Shown in pieces: positions 26,642-38,187 of a stretch of 64,000 bases of DNA; the stretch's first letter is position 1; every line of letters starts with the position of its first letter. Below the pieces are notes generated by a model. That model was given only the letters and a program-made list of their open reading frames with translations, was not told the origin of the DNA and did no database searches. The DNA comes from Mobula hypostoma. Lineage: Eukaryota. The stretch spans positions 193,194,001 to 193,258,000 of the forward strand of contig NC_086097.1 of NCBI RefSeq assembly GCF_963921235.1, given 5' to 3'. The translations under genes and the position numbers were made by a program.

Positions 26642-27749
26642 AGTTTACAAAGGCATTACAGCATTGATTGTGAGATAACCAATATAAAACCACACCCCCA
26701 GGATTTTTATACCTACTTATAAAAATAAACACAGTGTGTCCTAATGAAAATGTTGACTCTTTATTCCTTTCCATTACATAACCTTGCTGAGTTCCTCCTG
26801 CATTTTGTGTGAGTTACTTTGTACTTATGATCTCACATTTAAACTTGTGATGCTGCCTCTGTGACATACAGTTCATTTATAGTACAAATATGTCACTATA
26901 GCCAGAACCTGAGACTGCTTACAGAATGATTGCCCAGAAATTGGACTTCATCCTCTAACAGCTGCCGCAATTTCCTTAATGCAAAACTGGGGGCCACCAA
27001 AACAAAATCCCAAAATTGGGATATTCTCCCTTTCAGAATCAGTAGAACTTGGGTTTTCTCATTGAGATATGCAGCTGTTTGTTAGTCTTGTGTCTGACAT
27101 CTCATTCCCAAGCTGGAAACAGAACAGCACCATTAAAGCGAACTCTCCATGGCTGCTATACAAACTGCGATAGGATTAGCGGAAATTGCTGGGAATTGTA
27201 GAAATAGATATGGGTATTTAATCAAGGGGATCAGGAGTTAAATAGTGCCATTGGGGTGATAGGGCTCTCCCACACTATGAGGTGTCATGTGCCACAAGCA
27301 GGCTGCCACCAGTAATCATGGACTACACTGGCTAATGGCATCACAGCTCTTGGGTGAACGTTATCAGTGCTGTCTGTCTGCAGAAGGGTATAATACAAAC
27401 TAATATTAAGCAAAAAGAAAGGAAATTCAGGAAACATTAAGATTCAGGACCCTTCATCAGAAGGGCAGTTAGTTCTGATAACTTTCCACCATGGGCCCTT
27501 TAATTAACAAATGGTTCTTGACTCTCTGCAATATAAATCTTGACTTTATTCTGTGTGATAAACAAAGGCCGGGTGTCACATTTTGATTCAATTTTTGCTT
27601 CATCTTTTCCCATGGAGTCCATTCCGCCCATCAAATCGTGCCAGCTTTTGGAGTATTCCCACCGATCTCATTCCTCCCCACTCATTTCACTCTGACCACA
27701 TCATTCAACTTCCTCCAAACCCCCCACCCCACAATTGTATATAGGGTAA

Positions 27750-28742
27750 TTCACTGGATTTCTGTCAGATTGCCAGTAGGTGGTAAGAATGGGCTCCCTC
27801 ACCTCTGCCCCTTTGACCCTCAGATCTGTGTCCTAAGCCCCCTCCTTTATTCTCTGTATACCCGTGATTGTGTCGCCAGCCACAGCTCCAATCTACTAAT
27901 TAAATTTGCTGACAATGCTACATTGATTGCCCTAATCTCAAATAATAACAAGGTCTCCTACAGGGAAGAAGTCATCTCTCTAACATAGTGGTGTCAAGAA
28001 AACAACCTCTCCCTCAATGTTGCAAAAACAAAGGAGCTGGTTTGCCGACTACAGAAAGAATGGAGAGAGACTAACCCCTATTGATATCAATGCATCTGGA
28101 GTTGAGGGGGTGAAGAGCTTTAAGTACCTCGGCTTACACATCACCGAGGGTCTCACGTGGTCTGTACACACCACCTGTGTGATGAAAAAAGAACAACAGC
28201 GCCTCTTTCACCTCAGATGCTTGAAGAAGTTTGGTATAAGTCCCCAGATCCCAAGAACTTTCTACAGGGGCACAACTGAGAGCATCCTGACTGGCTGCAT
28301 CACTGCTGGTATGGGAACTGTACTTAACTCAATCACAGACTCTGCAGAGGGTGGTGCAGACAGCCCAGCGCATCTGTAGATGTGAACTTCCCACTATTCA
28401 GGACATTTACAAAGACAGGTGTGTAAAAAGGGCCCGAAGGATCATTGGGGACCCGAGTCATCCCAACCACAAACTGTTCCATCTGCAACAATCTGGGAAA
28501 CAGTACCGCAGCATAAAAGCCAAGGCCAACAGGCTCCGGGACAGCTTCTTCCACCAGGCCATCAGACTGATTAATTCATGCTGATTCAAATGTATTTCTA
28601 TGTTATATTGACTGTCCTACTGTACATACTATATATTATAAATTATTATGAATTGCACATTGCATGTTTAGATGGAGACGTAACGTAAAGATGTTTACTC
28701 CTCATGTATATGAAGGATGTAAGAAATAAAAGTCAATTCAAT
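27750..28742 (+). mobile_element. Rex1/Babar-like LINE 3' part
   Basis: CVLSPLLYSLYTRDC, KFADN, FKYLGLHIT, QQRLFHLR, RLRDSFFHQAIRLIN; aataaa and caattcaat tail. Confidence 0.9.
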
Positions 28743-29775
28743 GGGGTGCCGCAGGGTTCAGTGCTGGGCCCACAGCTGTTTACCATTTACACTGATGATT
28801 TGGAAGAGGGGACTGAGTGTGGCGCAGCAAAATTTGCTGATGACACAAAACTGAGTGGAAAAGCAAATTGTACAGAGGACGTGGAGAGTTTGCAGAGGGA
28901 TATAGATAGGTTAAGTGAGTGGGCCAAGGTCTGGCAGATGGAATACAATGTTGGTAAGTGTGAGATCATCCACTTTGGAAGGAGTAATAGAAGAGCAGAT
29001 TATTATTTAAATAGTGAAAGGTTGCAGCATGCTGTTGTAAAAAGGGACTTGGGTGTGCTTGTGCATGAATAGCAAAAAGTTGACTTGCAGGTACAACAGG
29101 TTATTAAGAAGGCAAACGGAATGTTGGCCTTCATTGCTAGAGGAATTGAATTAAAGAGCAGGGAGGTCATGCTGCAACTATACAGGGTACTGGTGAGGCC
29201 GCACCTGGAGTACTGTGTGCAGTTCTGGTCTCCATACTTGAGGAAGGATATACTGGCTTTGGAGGCAGTGCAGAGGAGGTTCACCAGGTTGATTCCAGAG
29301 ATGAAGAGGTTAACCTATGAGGAGAGATGGAATCGCCTGGGATTGTACTGAATGGAATTCAGAAGAATGAGAGGGGATCTTATAGAAACATTCAAAATTT
29401 TGAAAGGAATAGATAAGATAGAAGTAGGAAAGTTGTTTCCATTGGTAGGTGAGACGAGAACTAGGGGACATTGCCTCAAGAATCAGGGGAGAAGATTTAG
29501 GTTGGAGATGAGGAGAAACTGTTTTTCCCAGAGAGTGGTGAATCTGTGGAATTCTCTGCCCAGGGAAGCAGTTGAGGCTTCTTCACTAAATATATTTAAG
29601 ATACAGTTAGGTAGATTTTTACATAGTAGGGGATTAAGGGTTATGGGAAAAGGCAGGTAGATGGAGCTGAGTTTATGGACAGATCAGCCATGATCTTATT
29701 GAATAGAGGGACAGGCTCGATGGGCTGGATGGCCTACTCCTGCTCCTTTTTCTTATTTTCTAATGTTCTTATGTA
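28741..29775 (+). mobile_element. CR1-like LINE 3' part
   Basis: GVPQGSVLGPQLF, KFADDTK, LVRPHLEYCVQFWSP, FSQRVVNLWNSLP. Confidence 0.92.
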
Positions 29776-30839
29776 ATACAGTAACCAATTAACCAACCAT
29801 CCAATGCCTCCTTGGGATGTGGGAAAAAAATCAAGTCAAGTTTATTATCATTTAGCTAAATACATGTATACCGTTTCTCCAGACCAGGGTGTAAAGCACT
29901 GTAGTACACATAACATGCATATAACATACAATAACTTAGGAAAGTAAGGATAATATTTACAGATGCATTACACATAAGTAAACAAATTAAAGAGCATAAA
30001 TTCTATATTTTAAGGTACAGAACAGATTAACTGGAGATACTTCAAATGTGATGCGGCAGGGAGTTCAGAAGCCTAATAGCCTTAGGGAAGAAACTATTTC
30101 CCATCCTGACCGTTCTTGCTTTTATCAGAGTCATGTGATCACCAGGAGAAGGTGTAAACTCCACGCAGTCAGCACTGAAAGGCGTAATCAAGCCCAGCTC
30201 ACTGGAGGTGTGACAGCAACAACAGCATACGTTACTTACGTTGATGACATCACAACAAACACAAGATGTGACAGGGGAGGGATTAGCAATCTAGAAATGC
30301 CTCATTCATTTTCCCTGTCAGTGGAACTCCTGCAAGAAAAAGGTGCAAATACTTCAGACCGTATATAAAACAATTCCTACATACAACTTGCAGCATAGAA
30401 AACAGGCTCTCCAGCCCATCAAGTTGATGCCAACCACCCATTTACACTAATTTCATTTTTCTTCTCCCCACTTTCTCATCAGCTCCTCTCGTGCCCCGGC
30501 CCACCCCAGCCCCAGGTTCTGCCGCTCACATATGGACAAATATCAGTGGCTAACTAACCTACCAATCAAATAACCTTAGAAAGTGGGAGGAAACACACCT
30601 AGATACGCAAGCTCCACAGAAACAACACTTAGGGTTGAAACTTGGTCTCTGGCACTGTACAGCTCAACTAGCTATGTCAGTGTGCCATACATAAATTATG
30701 GAAGCCCTAAAGAATACCAAAACAGAAATCTGGTCTGCCATTTCAATATAGTTAATTGATTTTCTAGGTTTTGCAACTTCAGAATATGACTATTAGTGAA
30801 TAGTTTTCATTGCCTTCATACCTGTTCCAGATAACATCC

Positions 30840-31043
30840 ATTACTTCCCATGGACGCATGGGTTTCCTCAGGTGCCTGGGTTGCCTCCCACAATCTAATG
30901 GGGCACACCAGTTACTAGATTAACTACTCATTGTAATTTGTCTGTTGATTAGGCTAGGTTACATCGGTGAGTTGCCAGGCAGTGCAGTGCAGCTCAGTGA
31001 GCCAGAAGGTCCTGTTCTGCCCGTATCTCTAATTAAATAAATA
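30840..31043 (+). mobile_element. SINE remnant (elasmobranch HE1/V-SINE-like); related fragments near 30390-30690, 32860-33080 and 38500-38800
   Basis: gggtttcctcaggtgcctgggttgcctcccaca core; tail ccagaaggtcctgttctgcccgtatctctaattaaataaata. Confidence 0.5.
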
Positions 31044-31246
31044 GTCAATAGAACCACAGCTAGAACACGGCAAGGAGGAAATACTAATAAAATAGATTCA
31101 GATTACAAATAAGTAATTGTGAATTATAAAGGTACTTGTTTTTGAACAATGCATCAATCACCCGCTAAATATGAATCAGTTCTAATAGGATTATTGAAAG
31201 TAACTGAACTTGCCAACAATTGAATCAACTTAGAAGAATTAGATTC

Positions 31247-31897
31247 ATTATTGTGTTTCTCTGTAAAATATTACATCAGAGGTTAACTGAACAGAAATAT
31301 ATACATTTTACATACATATCTTACCTTATTACCTTAGAACCATAAGACATAAGATACAGGAGCAGAATTAGGCCATTTGGCCCATCGAATCTGCTCCACC
31401 ATTTCATCATGGCTGATCCAACTTTCCTCATCTATCAATCTCTGCCTTAAATATACATAAAGACTTGGCTTCCACAGCTACCTGTTGCAAAGAATTCCAC
31501 AGATTCACAACTCTGGTTAAAGAAATCCCTCCTCATTCCCATTCCAAAAGACTCCCCTCGATAGTCTGAGGCTGATTCCTCTGGTGTTTGACTTTCACAT
31601 CACAGGAAACCTCGTCTCTGCATTCACTCTATCATTGACTTTCACTGTTCGATTGGTTTAAGTGACGTCAGCCCTCATTCTTCTGAATTCTAGTGAGTAC
31701 AGGCCCAGAGCCATCAAATGCTCTTCATATGACAAGCCATTCAATCCTGGAGCCATTTTTGTGAACCTCCTTTGAACCTTCTCCAGTTTCAGCACATCCT
31801 TTCTAAGATAAGGTATAAGATAAGATATGAATGTAAAATGTATATATTTCTGTTCAGTTAACCTCTGACGTAATATTTTACAGAGAAACACAGTAAT
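31247..31897. repeat. ~90-bp inverted repeat (31247-31336 / 31809-31897) bracketing the CR1 insertion
   Basis: attattgtgtttctctgtaaaatattacatcagaggttaactgaacagaaatatatacattttacatacatatctta versus the reverse complement of 31821-31897: 3 mismatches in 77 bp, and the arms extend to the element ends. Confidence 0.95.
31337..31813 (-). mobile_element. 5'-truncated CR1-like LINE flanked by long inverted repeats
   Basis: PYLRKDVLKLEKVQRRFTKM...GLYSLEFRRM on minus; tail (cataaga)n at 31341. Confidence 0.9.
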
Positions 31898-33623
31898 TAT
31901 CTAATTGAGCATATGAGACCACATCATCCAAAAAAATAGATCAAATTTTGTTCAGCCTAGTCATTATTCTATCTTCAAATTCTTTTACCTTTGCATTGTT
32001 TCATCTAATTCATGCAGGATAAAATGCTCCTTTCATTTGGTACTATCATACTTTCTATCACAATCAGGTATCTTTAGTAATAGCAAAAAATTGGGATTCT
32101 GTAATGAAGATGTCAGTTCTTGCTGGGTTTTGTTTCTAGGCCTCAGTTATCATGTAAGTGGCCATTCTCAGGGTGCATTGTTCATCAGTTTAATTGGAGA
32201 TGACATCAGTGAGAATCAGCTATATGGTCTGATGCTGCTCATCAGATGATTAGATTCAACCCTCAGGTCTATAAAGAAAGGAAAAGCACTTTGAGCCAAA
32301 TTACAGCACATCCCAATACCTTGCATGCATTTGGCTAATTTGATACAATACATGACCATAGGATAATGCACACTGCATGAAGCTTTCAAAAAAGAAACTT
32401 TTTCACCTAACATTTTATGTCCTTCCATTCAGTGAGTTCTTTATTTTTAAGGTTCAGTTTCATGCAGCAAAGAAAGAGGCCTTTCCGTCCATCGACTTTA
32501 CCCTGGTTCATCTCTCCCAAGGCTGCCTACAAGGCAGTGGGGCTATTTACCCATAGATGGGGATCTGGTACACGAGCACCAGGGTGTGTCCACACACCGG
32601 TGGGCCTGCGTGCTACATGTGCAGGGGCCTGAACTCCTCCCTGTCCTCTGTAGGTCACCCTGAGTCTGAAAGGAGTTCAGTTTCTGTGCATCACCAGCGA
32701 GGAGGCACTGCATGAGGCTTGCTGTATACTGGCCAGAAGGGACTTGCACAGTCAGCTCTCCTTTTCAAGAGACTGCTAGCCAGTGGTGGAAGCTGAAAGT
32801 GAGAGCAGCAACCACTACCCACTACACTACCACACTAGATGCATCACAACAACCATTGACTTCACCTTAACCACCAAGCATTACATTAATCCCATTTTAC
32901 TCTCACCACATTCCCACCAACTGCCCCAGATTCTACAATGTAACTACACTCACCTACACACAAAGGGCAATTGACAGTCACTGGTGGAAACCCGAGCAAG
33001 TGGTCACAGGGTTCAGAATAAAACCGTCATCGCTGGAGCTGTGAGACAACCACTGTAGCAGCTGCACGGCTGTGCTGTCTTTAGCAGCATAAACATTTCA
33101 TAATGCGGAATGAAATAAAGACCCTTGACTGGAAACAGTTGCCCAGTCAAGATTGATTCAGGAAGTCGGATATTATTTTACCTCAATAGTTTCCTAAAAA
33201 TATCAGTTGTTTGAAAAGGAGCTTTCACTCTCTTTTGGATTATTTGAATTAATATAGAATACTTGAAAAAGATTCAGCAATGTAAATACTGGGGAAATTT
33301 ATATTTTCCGTTAAGTTATGTTTAAAACCAGAGAAAGTGTAATACTGAAGTTAGAATGGGCCATTTCAGTGTGCAACCAAGAAGCACAGTTTTACAATAA
33401 TGTTATCGGAAATCTAGAACTCTCCCCAAAAACTTGTCAATATGGTGTCTAGTAAAATTCGAAAAACTGGAATCGATAATTTTTTAGATCGGAAGAGTGT
33501 TTGGAATCTTGGCTACTCTTAGGTTTAAATACATTCTCTCCTGGATGATGATGATGATCGTCATCTCCTGGACTAGGCATGAAATCAGTGAAAATATTTC
33601 ACTAACGATCATGTTATGAAGCT

Positions 33624-34914
33624 ACATACATCAAGGTTGCTGGTGAACGCAGCAGGCCAGGCAGCATCTATAGGAAGAAGCGCAGTCGACGTTTCAGGCC
33701 GAGACCCTTCGTCAGGACTAACTGAAGGAAGAGTGAGTAAGGGATTTGAAAGCTGGAGGGGGAGGGGGAGATGCAAAATGATAGGAGAAGACAGGAGGGG
33801 GAGGGATAGAGCCGAGAGCTGGACAGGTGATAGGCAGAAGGGGATACGAGAGGATCATGGGACAGGAGGTCCGGGAAGAAAGACGGGGGGGGGGTGACCC
33901 AGAGGATGGGCAAGAGGTATATTCAGAGGGACAGAGGGAGAAAAAGGAGAGTGAGAGAAAGAATGTGTGCATTAAAAAGAGTAACAGATGGGGTACGAGG
34001 GGGAGGTGGGGCCTAGCGGAAGTTAGAGAAGTCAATGTTCATGCCATCAGGTTGGAGGCTACCCATACGGAATATAAGGTGTTGTTCCTCCAACCTGAGT
34101 GTGGCTTCATCTTTACAGTAGAGGAGGCCGTGGATAGACATGTCAGAATGGGAATGGGATGTGGAATTAAAATGTGTGGCCACTGGGAGATCCTGCTTTC
34201 TCTGGCGGACAGAGCGTAGATGTTCAGCAAAGCGGTCTCCCAGTCTGCGTCGGGTCTCACCAATATATAAAAGGCCACATCGGGAGCACCGGACGCAGTA
34301 TATCACCCCAGTCGACTCACAGGTGAAATGATGCCTCACCTGGAAAGACTGTTTGGGGCCCTGAATGGTGGTAAGGGAGGAAGTGTAAGGGCATGTGTAG
34401 CACTTGTTCCGCTTACACGGATAAGTGCCAGGAGGGAGATCAGTGGGGAGGGATGGGGGGGACGAATGGACAAGGGAGTTGTGTAGGGAGCGATCCCTGC
34501 GGAATGCAGAGGGGGGGGGGAGAGAAAGATATGCTTAGTGGTGGGATCCCGTTGGAGGTGGCGGAAGTTACGGAGAATAATATGTTGGACCCGGAGGCTG
34601 GTGGGGTGGTAGGTGAGGACCAGGAGAACCCTATTCCTAGTGGGGTGGTGGGAGGATGGAGTGAGAGCAGATGTACGTGAAATGGGGGAGATGCGTTTAA
34701 GAGCAGAGTTGATAGTGGAGGAAGGGAAGCCCCTTTCTTTAAAAAATGAAGACATCTCCCTCGTCCTAGAATGAAAAGCCTCATCCTGAGAGCAGATGCG
34801 GCGGAGACGGAGGAATTGCGAGAAGGGGATGGCGTTTTTGCAAGAGACAGGGTGAGAAGAGGAATAGTCCAGATAGTTGTGAGAGTCAGTAGGCTTATAG
34901 TAGACATCAGTGAA
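33624..34914 (-). mobile_element. Young 5'-truncated Penelope-like element (RT thumb, GIY-YIG endonuclease, terminal repeat), 14-bp TSD
   Basis: TDVYYKPTDSHNYLDYSSSHP...KNAIPFSQFLRLRRICS; GVIYCVRCSRCGLLYIGET...HFNSTSH...LEEQHLI...GMN. Perfect TSD catgttatgaagct at 33610-33623 and 34915-34928. Frameshift at the G-run near 34511-34520. Confidence 0.95.
33683..33720 (-). ncRNA. Minimal type-I hammerhead ribozyme (PLE-type), intact
   Basis: Minus strand: UAGUC CUGACGA A GGGU-CUCG-GCCU GAAA CG UC^GACUG. Stem I UAGUC/GACUG, stem II hairpin, palindromic ACGU in place of stem III, GUC cleavage triplet. Confidence 0.8.
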
Positions 34915-35987
34915 CATGTTATGAAGCTGCTGAAGTTAGAAAATCAAATGCCTAACCCTTTTCAGTGTTATGTAACTGGAAGTTGATCTTTTTCTGAAGT
35001 GAATTACAACAGCAACCGTATTCATGCTCTTTAACTTCGCACTGGAAATTCAACCAGACATTTCCAGCTGATAGCCATGTTTAAAAGCCTGTTAATGATT
35101 TCTGTACGAGGACCAGGAGGGATAATTTCATTCCTTGTGAGACACTAAAAGTTCCAGTGGAGGCATGCTTCACTGCTGTGCCCAACTCAAAACCAGGTGT
35201 TCCCAAACTTTTTTATGCAATGGAGTGATACCGTTAAGCCAGGTTCGACTATTGAATGCATCATCTTTCTTCCCATCCGCCACCACCTCAACAAGCAGAG
35301 AAAATTATTACTGCTGGAAGGAAATCCACACCTTTACATTATGAATAGTGTTCAAGATAACAGAGCAACACACACAAAATGCTGCAGGAACTCAGCAGGC
35401 CAGACAGCATCTATGGAAAAGAGTACAGTCGACATTTTGGGCTGAAACCTTTCGGCAGTACAGGAGAAACAAGGCTGAGGAGTGGATTTGAAAGGTGGGG
35501 GAAGGGAGAGAGAAACACCAGAGGTGAAACCTGGAGGGGGAGGGGTGAAGCAAGGAGCTGGGAAGCTAATTGGTGAAAGAGACAGAAGGCCATGGAAGAA
35601 AGAATTAAGGGGTGGGGGGTGGGGAGGAGCACCAGAGGGAGGCAATGGGTGGGCAAGGAGATAACATGAGAGAGGGACAAGGGGGATGGGAAATAGTGAA
35701 GGGGGCAGCATTACTAGAAGTTTGAGAGATCAAAGTTCATGCCATCAGGTTGGAGGCTACCCAAACAAAATATAAAGTGTTGTTCCTTCCACCTAATTGC
35801 CTTATCCCGACCAAGGAGGAGGCCATGGATGGACGTATTGGAATGGGAATGGGAAGTGGAATTAAAATGGGTGGCCACTGGGAGATCCTCAAACACGAGG
35901 AAATCTGCAGATGCTGGAATTTCAAGCAACACACATAAAAGTTGCTGGTGAACGCAGCAGGCCAGGCAGCATCTCTAGGAAGAGGTA

Positions 35988-36025
35988 CAGTCGACGTTTC
36001 AGGCCGAGACCCTTCGTCAGGACTA
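35988..36025 (-). ncRNA. Minimal type-I hammerhead ribozyme (PLE-type), intact
   Basis: Identical to 33683-33720: cagtcgacgtttcaggccgagacccttcgtcaggacta on the + strand. Confidence 0.8.
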
Positions 36026-37125
36026 ACTGAAAGAAGAGCTAGTAAGAGATTTGAAAGTGGGAAGGGGAGGGGGAGATCCGAAATGATAGGAGAAGACAGG
36101 AGGGGGAGGGATGGAGCTAAGAGCTGGACAGTTGATTGGCAAAAGGGGATATGAGAGGATCATGGGACAGGAGGCCTAGGGAGTGGGCACGGGGTATAGT
36201 GAGAGGGACAGAGGGAGAAAAGGAGAGAGAGAAAAAGAATGTGTGTATATAAATAAATAAATAACGGATGGGGTACGAGGGGGAGGTGGGGCATTAGCGG
36301 ACGTTTGAGAAGTCAATGTTCATGCCGTCAGGTTGGAGGCTAACCAGACGGAATATAAAGTGTTGTTCCTCCAATCTGAGTGTGACTTCATCTTTACAGT
36401 AGAGGAGGCCGTGGACAGACATATCAGAATCTCCCAGTGGCCACACATTTTAATTCCACATCCCATTCCCATTCTGATATGTCTATCCACGGCCTTCTCT
36501 ACTGTAAAGATAAAGCTACACTCACAACGGTAGTGAGGGAGGAGGTGTAGGGGCAGGTGTAGCACTTGGTCCGCTTGCAAGGATAAATACCAGGAAGGAG
36601 ATCAGTGGGGAGGGATGAATGGACAAGGGAGTCGCATAGGGAGCGATCCCTGCAGAAAGCAGAAATGGGTGGGGGGGGCGGGGAGTGTGGGGAGGGAAAG
36701 ATGTGTTTGGTGGTGGGATCCAGTTGGAGGTGGCAGAAATTTCGGAGAATTATCTGCTGGACTCGGAGGCTGGTGCGGTGGTAGGTGAAGACAAACGGAT
36801 CACTATCCCTGGCTGGGTGACGGGAGGATGAGGTAAGGGCAGACATGCATGAAATGGAAAAGATGTGGTTGAGGGCTGTGTTGATGGTGGAGGAAGGGAA
36901 GCCCCTTTCTTTGAAAAAGGAGGACATTTCCTTCGTTCTAGAATGAAAAGCCTCATCCTGAGAGTAGATGCGGTGGAGACGGAGGAATTGAGAGAAGGGG
37001 ATGGCGTTCTTACACGTAGCAGGGTGGGACGAGGTATAGTCCAGATAGCTGTGAGAGCTGTAAGCAACACACATAAAAGTTGCTGGTGAACGCAGCAGGC
37101 CAGGCAGCATCTCTAGGAAGAGGTG

Positions 37126-37163
37126 CAGTCGACGTTTCAGGCCGAGACCCTTCGTCAGGGCTG
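37126..37163 (-). ncRNA. Minimal type-I hammerhead ribozyme, core intact, one stem-I mismatch
   Basis: Minus strand: CAGCC CUGACGA A GGGUCUCGGCCU GAAA CG UC GACUG. Confidence 0.7.
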
Positions 37164-38187
37164 TCTTGCTGTCATGTTACCATTTCCCATCCCCTTGTCC
37201 CTCTATCATATTATCTCCTTGCCCACACATCGCCTCCCTCTGGTGCTCCTCTCCCCGCCCCCCACCCCTTCCTTTCTTCCAGGCCTTCTGTCTCTTTCAC
37301 TAATCAACTTCCTAGCTCTTTGCTTCATCCCTCCCCCTCCAAGTTTAACCTATTGCCTGGTGTTACTCTCGCCCCTCCCCCCACCTTTCAAATCTACTCC
37401 TCGGCCTTTTTTCCTCCAGTTCTGCCAAAGGTTTTCGGACCAAAACGTCGACTTTTTTCAATTGATGCTACCTGGCCTGCTGAGTTCCTCCAGCATTTTG
37501 TGTGTGTTGCTCAGGTTTCCAGCATCTACAGATTTTCTCGTTTGTGATTTGAGATAACAACCATTTTTGATCAATACTGAAAGAATATAACAAAGAATCT
37601 CATGAAAACTAGCCTCTTAAGAAGACAAACAAATTTTTCATCTTAGCACTTTCAATCTCATGTATTCCTTCTGAATATACCAGATTTATGAAGGTGTCAA
37701 TTATTTAGGATATCAGAAGGAAACAGAAGGGGTCAGTCAAAAGGATTAGTTAGAATCCTTTTAACCATATTTATTTGTAGCACCAGATAATTCTTAAGGC
37801 ATCTTAAGGTAAATGAGAGTTTATAAGGTGGATTTCAGTCACTAGACTGAAATAATTCATTCTTTTCTCATAGCCACACCAAAATGGGTAGCAATTCAAA
37901 AGAAAATACATTTCCATTCTCCCTCTAATAGCATTTTAGTGTTCCTAATAGCTTATTTTCCATGCCTGTGCATATTTGCTAAAAATCAAAGGAACTAAAT
38001 TAGTTCAAAAGTTATTCAATGGCCCTTAGTGCTCTGTATCAATATTTTGTACTAGTGGAAATTTTTGTCTATCTTCCTTAACAGTTGGAAGCATAATGTA
38101 TCTAGAAGCAAAGGAATAGAGCCACAGTGCTGAAATATTTTCACAATCTCAACTTGTCTCAGGGAACTCTACACTCAGTGCATCATA

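Larger units (their letters stand above)
35363..37547 (-). mobile_element. Older Penelope-like element with inverted terminal repeat, containing two younger PLE insertions (35890-36524, 37062-37159)
   Basis: Outer arms 35363-35694 and 37181-37512 are inverted copies. ORF remnants SHSYLDYTSSHP...PCKRTKCYTCPY. Probable TSD ttcaagataaca (35351-35362) / tttgagataaca (37548-37559). Confidence 0.9.

Noticed and set aside
15585..37547. Recurrent 'MLVNAAGQAASLGRG...' small ORFs as a peptide family
   Set aside because: They are antisense translations of the PLE terminal repeat that carries the hammerhead.
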